A stretch of DNA of 64,000 nt, taken from contig OZ243972.1 of NCBI GenBank assembly GCA_965214705.1, positions 608,001 to 672,000 on the forward strand. Reading direction: 5' to 3'. Positions within the stretch are counted from its first letter, which is position 1. Each line of letters opens with the position of its first letter. This stretch comes from Alphaproteobacteria bacterium. GTDB lineage: Bacteria > Pseudomonadota > Alphaproteobacteria > UBA828. The notes below the pieces were generated by a model that worked only from the letters and a program-made list of their open reading frames with translations, did no database searches and was not told where the DNA came from. Both the position numbers and the translations under genes were made by a program. This document shows, piece after piece, positions 18,569 to 28,586 of the stretch.

Positions 18569-21423
18569 AGGGATGCCATGGGCATGAAGACGTACACGCC
18601 GATTTTGTCGACGGGTAGTGCCGGAACGACGTCGTAGCGCAGCCCCCTGGCGTCGCTCGCCTCGCGGACGCGGCGATGGTCTGCGAGCAACCCGCGGGCC
18701 TGCTCATGGGCAACGCGTGCGAATGCGTCTTCCATCCCCGGCAACGCGTCGAGGGCCTGCCGTACGAGGTGGACCTTCTGGCCGTCCGCCATGTTTCGTC
18801 CGGGCTCCAGCGTGAGAAGCGACAACGCGTCGTCCTCGGTCATTATTTCGGGACTGGCGCCGCCCCGGACCGCAACGCCCAGACACTCCTCGGCGAGAAG
18901 TGACCTGAGCGGCGAGAAGCGGCCGTCCGGCCCGCGCCGCTCTATCTGGAGTTGGCAGCGCAGGCGCAGGAGATAGAGCACGGTGCGGGTGTCGACCGCG
19001 CGCGTGAACATCGCCCCCGCGCGGGCGCCGATTTTCGGATTGGTAGCGTCGAGCGCCTTCTCGGCGACATAGTCCGCCAGCACTGCCACAAGCGGATGCG
19101 CACGGTGGATATAGTCCGCACCGGCCGGGGCGGGCTGGGCGAAAGCGATCTTCGCCGATGCATCGAATCCGATGGCGTCGAGACGATCCTGAAGGGGCTT
19201 CGGGAAATGAACGACCGGCATCCGGCAATAGCCGTCCCGTCGGTCAATAGCAGCGCCCAGGCGCTCTGCGGACAGACGCACGAAGCGGTCGACATCGCTG
19301 GGACCGCCCAACACCGATACGGCTTTGCGCCATTCGGGAAGCACGTCGTCCGGGGTCAGGCGGCGCTGGGCGAAGACCGTGCGCGTCATCCGGTTGCTGG
19401 CCGTGCGCCATGCGTCGTCCACTTCGGTCTCGGTCTCGGCGAATTCGAAGGCCATTTGGTCGGCCCGGGAATGTCTGCCGCGGTGAAGCAGGACGGCCTT
19501 CATGATGGCGTCGATCACCTTGTTGTTGTCCGCGGGCAAGGGCACGGCGACGCCGAGTTCCTTGCGGATCTTTTCGGCCTTGCGAAGGATCACGCGGAGG
19601 ACGGCGCCGTCGACGGGATTGTTCTCGCCGTAGAGCATGAGCGCGCGAACGGTGCGGGAAGCTTGGCCGAAACGGTCGGCTCTGCCCTCGCGCTGTTCGT
19701 GGCGGGTCGGATTCCAAGTGAGGTCGTAGTGGACCACGGCGTTGAAGTGGTTCTGGAGGTTGACACCTTCGGACAGGCAGTCAGTGGCAACCAGGACGGG
19801 CGTAATCTTCTCATCGAGTTCACCGAGCGCCTCGACCCGCTCTTCGCGTTGATCGGAAGTGAGCTCCCCGGTGACCACGGCGACATGGGCATTTCCGGCA
19901 CCCAACGCCTGCTTCAGTTCGTGGCCAACATAGTGCGCGGTGGCGATGTAGCGGCAGAAGACGACGGGCCGGAAACCGTCGAGCACGAGCCGGCCGACCT
20001 CGTCGATCAGCGCCGTGAGCTTGGGATCGTTCCTCGGACCGCGCAACGAATCCGCCCGGTCGATGAGCTGGCGCAGGGCCTTGGCATCCTCGGCCTCGAC
20101 GGTGCCGGCGGGAACGCTCTCGGTGAGGGCGAGTGAGTCGTCGGCCGTCTCGTCCATCACGGTTTCGCCTGCCTTCCGGTCCAGGTGTTCGACCTGCGCA
20201 TCCTCCGTGTCGCCCTCGGTTGCCTGGAGACGGGTTCGAAGCGCGAGCGACGCGGCGGCCGGGCTTGAGGAAGCGCAGCGCAGCAGCGCGAGCGCGGCCC
20301 ACCAAGACATTCGTTGCTGAAGCCTGGTCCCTTCCGAAGTGCGGTCGACCATGGTTCTTGCGTAGTCGAGGACGTCGTCGAACAGGCCGCCCCATTCGCC
20401 GGTCAGGCGGTAGGTCGCTTCCCGGCTTTCGCGGACCGGAAAGCCTGCCTCGTCCTTCCACTCGGCGATGTCGCCGCGTCGGCGCTGCACGAAATGCAGC
20501 GCGAGTTCTTCGCGCAAGCGGCGGCGCATCTCGCCTTCGGGTGCGTCGGCCAACGCCATGAATTTCGTTTCCAGCAAGCCAAGCAGGTTGTGAAAGGCGG
20601 TGTCATCGCCCGAATGCGGTGTCGCGGTGAGGAACACCATGTGCCGGCGCGGCTCGCTGCCCGCGAGGCCTTTGAGAAGCTGGTAGCGCTGGTGTCGGGT
20701 ATCCGTGTTCGATCGCACGCAGGCGTGCGCCTCGTCGACGATGACGAACTCCGGGCAGGCGCGAAGGAAATCGCTGCGGCGCCGATCCGACTTGATGTAG
20801 TCGAGGGAGACGACCGTATAGGGATGCACCTCGAACACTGACTCATCCGGGCGAAGACCCCGCTCCAGGCGGGTGGCGGTGCCGGTGCGCACGACCTCGG
20901 CGTCGATGGCGAACTTCTCCGAGAGTTCCCGTTGCCACTGTTCGCACAGGTGGGGCGGGCAGATGACGGAAAGGCGCTCGATCTCGCCCCGGTCGAGCAG
21001 TTCCCGCGCGATCAGGCCTGCCTCAATGGTCTTGCCGATACCGACGTCGTCGGCGACGAGCAACCGGATGGTGTCGAGCTTCAGGGCCATGAGCAAGGGA
21101 ACGAACTGATAGGCGCGCGGTTCGACATTAAGATTGCCGAAGCTGCGGAAAGGTCCCGCGCCGGCACGCAACTTGAGGCGAAGCGCGTCGCGCAACAGCA
21201 GCGCTGCCTGCTGGGAGCCTGGCGCGTCGGGATTGGGAAGATCGAACGTCGCGGGCACCGGCGCCTCGGGTTCGAGCGGAAGGTAGATGAGCGTCGCATC
21301 GTCTTCCGCGCCGCCGAGCGGACGAAGCTTGAGGAGATCGTCGCGCGGCTCGGGGAGGACCACCCACTCGCGGTGCCTCGCCCTGACTAGGTCTCCCGGC
21401 ATGAAGGTGATCGCCGCGTCCAT
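18565..21423 (-). CDS. SNF2-family helicase (DrmD-like)
   Basis: ADDVGIGKT, IVDEAH, LTATPH, SEGVNLQ, WNPTRHEQREGRADRFGQ; PGDLVRAR..EWVV N-terminus. Confidence 0.92.
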   Translation of the reverse strand: MDAAITFMPGDLVRARHREWVVLPEPRDDLLKLRPLGGAEDDATLIYLPLEPEAPVPATFDLPNPDAPGSQQAALLLRDALRLKLRAGAGPFRSFGNLNVEPRAYQFVPLLMALKLDTIRLLVADDVGIGKTIEAGLIARELLDRGEIERLSVICPPHLCEQWQRELSEKFAIDAEVVRTGTATRLERGLRPDESVFEVHPYTVVSLDYIKSDRRRSDFLRACPEFVIVDEAHACVRSNTDTRHQRYQLLKGLAGSEPRRHMVFLTATPHSGDDTAFHNLLGLLETKFMALADAPEGEMRRRLREELALHFVQRRRGDIAEWKDEAGFPVRESREATYRLTGEWGGLFDDVLDYARTMVDRTSEGTRLQQRMSWWAALALLRCASSSPAAASLALRTRLQATEGDTEDAQVEHLDRKAGETVMDETADDSLALTESVPAGTVEAEDAKALRQLIDRADSLRGPRNDPKLTALIDEVGRLVLDGFRPVVFCRYIATAHYVGHELKQALGAGNAHVAVVTGELTSDQREERVEALGELDEKITPVLVATDCLSEGVNLQNHFNAVVHYDLTWNPTRHEQREGRADRFGQASRTVRALMLYGENNPVDGAVLRVILRKAEKIRKELGVAVPLPADNNKVIDAIMKAVLLHRGRHSRADQMAFEFAETETEVDDAWRTASNRMTRTVFAQRRLTPDDVLPEWRKAVSVLGGPSDVDRFVRLSAERLGAAIDRRDGYCRMPVVHFPKPLQDRLDAIGFDASAKIAFAQPAPAGADYIHRAHPLVAVLADYVAEKALDATNPKIGARAGAMFTRAVDTRTVLYLLRLRCQLQIERRGPDGRFSPLRSLLAEECLGVAVRGGASPEIMTEDDALSLLTLEPGRNMADGQKVHLVRQALDALPGMEDAFARVAHEQARGLLADHRRVREASDARGLRYDVVPALPVDKIGVYVFMPMASL

Positions 21424-21440
21424 TTCCTGTCCTCCAGATC

Positions 21441-24400
21441 TCATTTCGGGGCCGACGACGCGCCCGGCCCGAAAACCCAAGCGTACTCGTCAACAACGCG
21501 GGCCCACGATGTCCGATCCTCGTCGAAGCGCACGACCGTGAGTCCGGCGTCGTGGAGGCGTCGGGTTACCTCGGCGTCGAGGGTCTGTTGGCGATCGCCT
21601 CGATGGTGAGGGCCGTCGATATAGACCAGGGTCTGATCAGCGGTGTAGGCGAAATCGGGCCGAGTATCGAATTCCTCCAGGTAGGGCTGCGCCCGGTCGG
21701 GGAGGCGGTAACCGTTGTCCTTGATGTAGCGCAGCCAAGCCTTCTCCAGAGCGGAGCCGGCGACGTTGTTCAGTTCCTCGAAGTCGTCGCCGGCGCTTGC
21801 GGAATGGCCGAGGCTCCTTCGCTCGCCGCGGGTCAGCCGGCATAGCAGATCGAGCATGGCTTCGTCGCGCCGGTCGATCATCGGATGGTCGGGCTGATTG
21901 TAGTAGCTCAGCAGGCAGCGGTAGCAACCAGCCTCGCAATCACTATCGCGGTTGTCGAGGTCATCCCATCCGGTCCAGCGTCCGGAGCGCGATGTGTAGT
22001 GGCAGACTTCGAGCGCCTTGCGGGCGATCCGGCCAAGCGCGCCGGGATCGCTGGCGAGACGCGTAAGAACGCCCGCGCCGCCTTCGGCGGACTCGTAGAA
22101 CAGGATGGTGGTGCGGTTATCGCGGTCGGGCAGCGGCTCGGCGGCAAGCTCCGCTTCCTCAAGTTGAAACTCTTGCTCGATGCCACGCTTGATGGCGTAT
22201 TGCAGGGAGACCATGGCCGTCTCGCTGAGATCGACCGTCGGACGAAGCACGAGGACGTTGCGGGTATCTTCGACGAAGGGGGTGATGCGCTGGACGCTTT
22301 TTCCGTCCCGCACGGCGTCGTCTTCCGCGTCGGTGGGCGCCTGCGAGTCTTTGGTCCATTCGCCGGTGTTGGCATCCACGCTGAAGCCGTAGACGGATTT
22401 CTCCTCGCGACGGCGCCAGCCGAGATTGATGCGCCAGAGCGTCGAGGCCGGGCCGTAGCGCAATTCCAGCAGGGTCTGGCCGCTTTCCTCGACGGCGAAA
22501 CTCTCGACGCGGGCGCGGCCGTTCTCTTCGCTGTAGCGAAGCGTGGTAACCATTTCGTAACCTTGGCGCTGGCGTTCTTCCTCGTCCGAAGTGATTCGGT
22601 TCACCCGCTGGGTCGACACCTGTTCGATGCGGTAGAGATTGAGAATCGCTCTCCCGCCATCCAGACGCGCGTCGCAACTGACGCAGCGTTCATAGTCCTT
22701 CTGATCGCCGAAGTGGCCGTAGCCGCAGGCGGGACAGATGCGCGCGGCCTGAACCGGGAGCCTGGCCGACGCGGTCACGCCGGCTTCGTCGCGAATGGAC
22801 AGGATGGCGCGGCGCACGCGGTAGGTGCTTCCCTCGTGATAGATGATGGACTGGGGGCCGAACTCGGTGAGGCCGAGAAAGCGGGGCCGGCTCAGGAACG
22901 AGTCGCGGGCCACCTTCTCGCGGCGGCCCGGAACGAAGGCCATCAGCGGCAGGCGCGGGAAGTTGTAGCCTGGCAGGAACCCTTCGGCGGCTAGATAGCG
23001 ATAGGTGTAGAAGTCGGAATTCATCGTCGGCCTGCTGTGCAGAAGCAGGTTTTGCTGGGTGTACGCTTCGTCGTACCGTGCCTTGGCTTCGCGGCGCTCC
23101 TGTTCGGTCGAGGCGGCGTTGTTGACGACATCGTTGGCGAACTTCATCTGGTTCGCCGTCGCGCGAAACAGCGAACGCCAGCGGCCGAACGCGTCGTCGA
23201 AGCGACGATCGGCGGAATTCATCGCGTTGGCCAACCATGTGTCGGTGTACCAGGGGGCGGCTTGCCGCGAGAGATCCGGCGTGAGTGTTGAAAGAATGCG
23301 CTGCGCGCGGACGCTCGCATCGCTGACCGCCCGGGGGGATCGGATCTGCTCGGCGATCTGGTCGTGCAGGGGCAGCGTGTCAGGCTTTTCCCGGTCGAGC
23401 ACGTCACGCACGGAGGAGCCGAGCATGATGCCGGTTTCCGCGAGCCAGACGGCCTGAAGGTGGCTGCGGATCAGGTCCTCGTTCGCGAGATCGATGTTCG
23501 GGGGATTGACGGCGCCAGCCACCATGCGCGTCGGGTCGGCGAAGAAGTATTGGTCATGCGGCGACTTCGCGGCGCAGTAGGTGACGACCAGCGCAGGCTG
23601 GCCGCTGCGCCCGGCCCGCCCGCTGCGTTGGGCGTAATTCGCGGGCGTGGGCGGCACGTTGCGCATGTAGACTGCGTTCAGCGTCGAGATGTCGACGCCG
23701 AGTTCCATGGTCGGTGAGCAGAACAGTATGGGCAGCCCGGCGGGTTCGAGACCCTTGCGGAAACGGAGCTCACGCTCCTCACGGGCATCGGTGTCGACCT
23801 GGGCGGTATGTTCGCGCGCCTCGAGCTGGTGGAGAAGGCGGTCGTCGCTGTTGAGGAGCACGGCCACGTTCTCGTAGAGGTTGCGGAAAAACACATTGGC
23901 CGCGCCCAGGTCCGCCGTGGCCTCTCCGGCGAGGCGCCATTCAAGCACCGAACCGTCGATGCGGTAGCCGGTGCGATCGCCGTCGAGGTCCTGTGGCTCG
24001 ACATAGCCGTAGGTGGCAAGCACGCTCAGGAGGTCGTCGATGACGGTGTTGTAGACGTCCTCGTCGAACTTGGGCGGATAGCAGGGATTACCCTGCCCCC
24101 AAAATGACTGGGACTTCACCTTGCGGCCGAAAGCTGATCGGTGAGACATATGAAGAATGCGAAAATCCCGCCGGGGTCCGCGGCCGCCGGGTCTGGGCAC
24201 CATGAAGGCATGAGAGAACAGGCGCTCTTCCTCCGATAGTCCCCACGGCTCCTTCAACTGGTTGAAGCTTCGGTTGCGTATCTGTTCTTGAAAGTTCGGA
24301 TCGAGGTAAATGGTCTTGATGCACAGCGCTCTTCGCATGCGCTCAAGAAGGTCACTTACTAATTCGAAGCGGCGCGTGGGCTCGATGGAGCCGAGCAGCG

Positions 24401-26669
24401 GATGCCGTGCGCGCCATTCCTCTTCATCTTCGCAGCAATCCATGAGGCCTCGGTAGCCGATGTCCAGCAACTCCAGCTGCTCAAGATTGGGGTTGGTGAT
24501 GCGCCAGCCGCGCTGCAAATCGAAGTAGAGCCGGTAGCCGAGTACGTCGCGAAGCGTCTTGATCGTGTTCTGGGCCTTGATGCCCTTGGCCTCGGCATTG
24601 GCTGAGTAGTCCCACGCGTCTAGGTGCAGGCGGGCGAGCACGGCCTGGGTCAGAACGTCGTCGGTGAGCAATCCGCCGGGCTCGGCCCGAATGGCAGAAA
24701 GGAGCGCGCCCCGCAGCAGCAGAATCTGTATGAAGTCGTTGAAGTGGCCGGCCTGGAGGCTTGCGTCCTGACGGTTGTCGGTGAACGCGAGTAGCTTCTT
24801 GGTCTGCTCGTCGAGGTCTGCGCCAATGAGATGCTTCAGCGAGGAGAGCGCCAGCACCGTCGTGGCGGAGCTCCGGCCCTCGCTAGAGAGCCCCGAGAGC
24901 TTGGTCATGTCGCTCCGAACGCTGCCGTCGTAGTAGGCGTCGCAATCCGGATGCAAGCAGAAGCGGAAGGGTCCCGGGATGAACCAGGCGGGCAGGCCGT
25001 CCACAGACACGGCACCTCGCGTATCGACCCGGACACCGAAGGGCCGGTAGCGGCGGAAATGGGACTTGAGCCGGGTCTCGTCGCCGCGGAATTCCAGCCA
25101 GTCCTCCGGGTACTGGTTCTCGGTGTCCGTAGGATCGAACAGTCCGAAAGGGTCCGGCATGAGATAGCCGAACTGGACGTCCTCGTCGTCGTTGGATCGT
25201 TCGGACAGGTCGCGGGGTTCGAAGGCGTGCGGCTGCTTGCCGACATGCTTCGCCCAGACCGGCAGGTATTCCTGGCCGCAGGCGCGGCAGAAGGCGAGGG
25301 AGAAAAGAGAACGGTCGCGGTCTCCGGGTTTGAATTGCTGCCCGTGCAGGGTGAGATACCGCTCGTCCGGCGCTTCAAGCGTCGTGTAGGCGTTCCAGGC
25401 GCCGCTGATGAACTGGTGCAGCCGGAAGGCGAAGAAGCTCTGGCCTCGCTCATTCCGGCTTCGGTGGGCGGTCAGGAGAAAGTTCGCTAAATAGTCGCGG
25501 CAATGCTGCGCGTCGAGTCCGCTGTCGACGGAAAGACGATCCGAAGCCTGGAGAACGGTCAGCGGACGCGAAATTCGCACGAGCTTGCCGCCTTGCTCTT
25601 CGAGCCCGAGATTGCGCTCCACCCAGGTCGCGGCCGGGTGGGCCGCGAGCGCTTGATGTGTCGGATTCGCGGGAACGCCCCGCTCGATGGAGGCGCGCAG
25701 ATCGGAGCTGCTCAGGCTCGCGTCGTGGTCGGTGACCGGCCGTAAAGTTTCCGAAACGACATTGCCGGGATCGACAGTTGCACCGAACAGGCGGCTTGCG
25801 ATGGCCGCAACGGCGGCGTTCCGGTCGTCGGGCGAGCCTTCGGAGGCCATCGTCGCCGAGGTGCCGATACAGAGAAGGCGCTCGTTGAACCTCTCCCGGA
25901 CGCGTCGGACGAGCATGGCGACATCGGCCCCCTGCCGCCCGCGATAGGTGTGCAACTCGTCGAGAACCAGGAACCGGAGTCCCTTGGCGTGTTCGCGGAT
26001 CGCCTTGTCAGTCTCGTGGAACCGCGTCATGACCAGCTCGAGCATGACGTAGTTGGTCAGCAGAATGTCAGGAGGGTTCTTTGCGATCCGCTCGCGTTCA
26101 TCCTGCGATTCCTGCCCGGTGTATCGGGCGAACGTGACCGGCTCGCCGCCTTCGCCGTAACCGAGCCGCAGATACTTCTCCAGTTCCTCGCGCTGGCTGT
26201 TGCAGAGCGCGTTCATCGGATACACGACGATGGCGGTGATGCCCTTGCAGGCGTCGCCGGCACGCTTTCGCCGCAATACGTTGTCGACGATCGGGATGAA
26301 GTAGGCGAGCGATTTGCCGGAGCCGGTGCCTGTGGTCAGGACGTAGCTTTCGACCCGTCTAGCGATTTCGATGGCCTCAGTCTGGTGCCGGTGGAGCAGG
26401 AGTCGCTCGCCGAATGTGTTGTACCCACGCTTCAGCCGGAACACCTTCGCGCACTCAGCATCGAGCGTGCCGTCAGCGACCAGGTCGTCGATATATCCGC
26501 CGGGCTCGAAGTTCGGATTGAGCTGGATAAGCGGGGCGGGCCAGAAGTGGCCCTCGGCGTAGGCCGCATCGACTTCGCGGGAGATGTCCTCGGAGCGGAT
26601 CCTGGCGAAGCTTCGGGAGAAACGCCCGTACTCGGCGACGAGTTCCTCCCGGAAGGCGAATACGTCCAT
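21441..26669 (-). CDS. Large YprA-family DEAH helicase with Zn fingers, DUF1998 and C-terminal Vsr/DUF559-like nuclease
   Basis: TTGTGSGKS, LDELH, SATM, SPTMELGVD, QRSGRAGR; CRAC, CPAC/CVSC; CEAGCYRCL (DUF1998); PDFAY...YIDGPHH. Confidence 0.9.
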   Translation of the reverse strand: MDVFAFREELVAEYGRFSRSFARIRSEDISREVDAAYAEGHFWPAPLIQLNPNFEPGGYIDDLVADGTLDAECAKVFRLKRGYNTFGERLLLHRHQTEAIEIARRVESYVLTTGTGSGKSLAYFIPIVDNVLRRKRAGDACKGITAIVVYPMNALCNSQREELEKYLRLGYGEGGEPVTFARYTGQESQDERERIAKNPPDILLTNYVMLELVMTRFHETDKAIREHAKGLRFLVLDELHTYRGRQGADVAMLVRRVRERFNERLLCIGTSATMASEGSPDDRNAAVAAIASRLFGATVDPGNVVSETLRPVTDHDASLSSSDLRASIERGVPANPTHQALAAHPAATWVERNLGLEEQGGKLVRISRPLTVLQASDRLSVDSGLDAQHCRDYLANFLLTAHRSRNERGQSFFAFRLHQFISGAWNAYTTLEAPDERYLTLHGQQFKPGDRDRSLFSLAFCRACGQEYLPVWAKHVGKQPHAFEPRDLSERSNDDEDVQFGYLMPDPFGLFDPTDTENQYPEDWLEFRGDETRLKSHFRRYRPFGVRVDTRGAVSVDGLPAWFIPGPFRFCLHPDCDAYYDGSVRSDMTKLSGLSSEGRSSATTVLALSSLKHLIGADLDEQTKKLLAFTDNRQDASLQAGHFNDFIQILLLRGALLSAIRAEPGGLLTDDVLTQAVLARLHLDAWDYSANAEAKGIKAQNTIKTLRDVLGYRLYFDLQRGWRITNPNLEQLELLDIGYRGLMDCCEDEEEWRARHPLLGSIEPTRRFELVSDLLERMRRALCIKTIYLDPNFQEQIRNRSFNQLKEPWGLSEEERLFSHAFMVPRPGGRGPRRDFRILHMSHRSAFGRKVKSQSFWGQGNPCYPPKFDEDVYNTVIDDLLSVLATYGYVEPQDLDGDRTGYRIDGSVLEWRLAGEATADLGAANVFFRNLYENVAVLLNSDDRLLHQLEAREHTAQVDTDAREERELRFRKGLEPAGLPILFCSPTMELGVDISTLNAVYMRNVPPTPANYAQRSGRAGRSGQPALVVTYCAAKSPHDQYFFADPTRMVAGAVNPPNIDLANEDLIRSHLQAVWLAETGIMLGSSVRDVLDREKPDTLPLHDQIAEQIRSPRAVSDASVRAQRILSTLTPDLSRQAAPWYTDTWLANAMNSADRRFDDAFGRWRSLFRATANQMKFANDVVNNAASTEQERREAKARYDEAYTQQNLLLHSRPTMNSDFYTYRYLAAEGFLPGYNFPRLPLMAFVPGRREKVARDSFLSRPRFLGLTEFGPQSIIYHEGSTYRVRRAILSIRDEAGVTASARLPVQAARICPACGYGHFGDQKDYERCVSCDARLDGGRAILNLYRIEQVSTQRVNRITSDEEERQRQGYEMVTTLRYSEENGRARVESFAVEESGQTLLELRYGPASTLWRINLGWRRREEKSVYGFSVDANTGEWTKDSQAPTDAEDDAVRDGKSVQRITPFVEDTRNVLVLRPTVDLSETAMVSLQYAIKRGIEQEFQLEEAELAAEPLPDRDNRTTILFYESAEGGAGVLTRLASDPGALGRIARKALEVCHYTSRSGRWTGWDDLDNRDSDCEAGCYRCLLSYYNQPDHPMIDRRDEAMLDLLCRLTRGERRSLGHSASAGDDFEELNNVAGSALEKAWLRYIKDNGYRLPDRAQPYLEEFDTRPDFAYTADQTLVYIDGPHHRGDRQQTLDAEVTRRLHDAGLTVVRFDEDRTSWARVVDEYAWVFGPGASSAPK

Positions 26670-26860
26670 CAGCGGCTCCTCGACCCCGCGTCGTTGGCGC
26701 GCGCCTCGATCGCGGCGCACCGCTCCATCAGCGCATCGCACGCTCCGGCGTCATCAAGCAGCATGCCATCGGCCAACATCCGTGCATAGTCATCGGCGAG
26801 TACGGCAAGCGCGGCGCCGGCGGGCACGAGTTGCAGGTCGCCGGATACCGCTGCTTCGTA

Positions 26861-28526
26861 GTAACTGCCCAGGTCGCTTACTGAGGTGATTCCGGTGTTG
26901 GGGAGTTCTTGCCCGGTAGGCTCACGCGCACTTGACGGTGGCGATGAGTTGGTCCGATGGGCTGATCAGGGCTTCGATGATGTTCCAGCCCTGCTTTCTG
27001 GCGGTGGTGATCACGCTGCGCAGGATGGCGAAGTTCTCGGCCCCCTTTGCGGATCGGAAGCCGCCGGAGATCTTCTGGCGCAGCTTCATCATCCGCAGGT
27101 CGCGCTCGGCCTCGTTGTTGGTAAACGCCACTTCGGGGTCGGTCAGGAAGCGGAGAACCGCGCATTTTCGATCGCGCAGGCGCAGGGCGAGGTTGTGGCC
27201 GATCCGCCGCTTCTTGCGTCCCCGCTTTCCGGGCTTGGGAGGCGAGAGCGGCGGCTGGCTCTCGTGGAAGGCCAGCGCCTCGGCAATGATCTCGTCGTAT
27301 CGGCGCTCGATCAGCGCCACAAGCGTCGCCGGAACGGCGATATCCTTGTCCTGCGCGATCCGGGCGGCGCGATTGGCCCGGCGCAGGAGCTGCTGCATGC
27401 GTCCGGCCCAGCCTTCCCCTTCGATGTCCACCAGCGCCTGCAACTCCCGCAGGTGGTGGGCGTTGCACAAGCCGTGCTCCACCCCCTCCAACGTGAAGTA
27501 CGGCTTCCAGTGATCGTGAACGACGATACCGGAAACACCCAAGAGCAGGTCGCCGCGCTTGGCGCTGACCCGGAATGCCGCCAGATGCGGCGTGCAGATC
27601 ACATGGAGCCACTGCGTTTGCCCGCCAATCCGGAACCCGGTCTCGTCGAGGTGCTTCACCCGCGCCGTGCCCGCCGCAAGCTCCTGTATGTGGGTGGCAA
27701 CTCCCCGCAGCCGATCGGCCGCCCTCTCGCTCATCGCCGCCAGTGTCGCAGCCGTCACCGGCGCGCCGAACAGCTCCGCCATCACCTGCGACAGCCGGTC
27801 CTCCGGCAGGAAGTGGGCGTGCTGAAGGTAGACCGCCACGCCTGCAATGCGCGACCCGTACTGCACCGGTGCCGACACCCCCTCGGGGAACGCTGCACGG
27901 GTCAGCGTGCCGCAATGCCCGCAGCACTTGGCATGCGCCCGGTGCTCGGTCACCTCCAGCGCACGCGCCTCGGGCAGGTCGAAGACCTGGCGGGCGTGCG
28001 ACACCCCTGCCGTGGCCGCCGCCGACAGGGACGAACCGCATCCCTCGCAGGCAGCCGGAACGTGGTTCTCCACCCGGTCCGGGTGATCCGTGCGGCGCAA
28101 CGTCTCGCCCTTGTGGCCGGGCTGACCGCCCGGCTTGCGCCCCGATTTGCCCCGCTGGCTTTGGGTCCGCCGCTTGGCCCTCGGCTTCTTCAACCCATCG
28201 CTCGACGGCGGCTTGGCGCTGTTGCGACTGCTCAGTCCGAGACGGCGTTCCAACTCCTCGATACGCTCGACAAGACGCGTGTTTTGTTCCTCCAGCCGCG
28301 CATTCTGCTGCCGAAGCCAGGCGTTCTCCTCCTCCAGGCGAGCGATCTTCTGCTCGGAACTTTCGGGCCGTGCCCCCGTTGAAGGGCCGCGCGGCGACTC
28401 GGGATTGCTCATGTCGTTGTTGAGTCATTTTCCGAAACTTCCGTCAACCCCCTCGTGTCAACTCCAAACTGGCCGTGCCTCAACCCCAAGGTTCAAAATG
28501 ACAAATCAGACAACCTGGGCAGTTAC
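26861..28526 (-). mobile_element. Complete single-ORF IS66-family element (ISBst12-like)
   Basis: IRs GTAACTGCCCAGGT / ACCTGGGCAGTTAC; 8-bp TSD GCTTCGTA (26853-26860, 28527-28534). Confidence 0.93.
26922..28412 (-). CDS. IS66 TnpC transposase
   Basis: Coiled coil, NSAKPPSSD, GGQPGHKG, Zn ribbon, HLDETG, CNAHHLRE, TNNEAERDLR. Confidence 0.94.
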   Translation of the reverse strand: MSNPESPRGPSTGARPESSEQKIARLEEENAWLRQQNARLEEQNTRLVERIEELERRLGLSSRNSAKPPSSDGLKKPRAKRRTQSQRGKSGRKPGGQPGHKGETLRRTDHPDRVENHVPAACEGCGSSLSAAATAGVSHARQVFDLPEARALEVTEHRAHAKCCGHCGTLTRAAFPEGVSAPVQYGSRIAGVAVYLQHAHFLPEDRLSQVMAELFGAPVTAATLAAMSERAADRLRGVATHIQELAAGTARVKHLDETGFRIGGQTQWLHVICTPHLAAFRVSAKRGDLLLGVSGIVVHDHWKPYFTLEGVEHGLCNAHHLRELQALVDIEGEGWAGRMQQLLRRANRAARIAQDKDIAVPATLVALIERRYDEIIAEALAFHESQPPLSPPKPGKRGRKKRRIGHNLALRLRDRKCAVLRFLTDPEVAFTNNEAERDLRMMKLRQKISGGFRSAKGAENFAILRSVITTARKQGWNIIEALISPSDQLIATVKCA

Positions 28527-28586
28527 GCTTCGTAGTTGATTCGCGTGCCGCTCGCGTCGTTTTCGAAGTGGATAAAATTCCAAAGT

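Larger units (their letters stand above)
26669..28568 (-). pseudogene. AbiEii-like nucleotidyltransferase toxin, C-terminal remnant split by IS66
   Basis: FENDASGTRINYE (28568-28530) joins YEAAVSGDLQLVP...LADDYARMLADGMLLDD...CAAIEARAN...* (26860-26669); stop overlaps the helicase ATG (TGATG). Confidence 0.68.
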
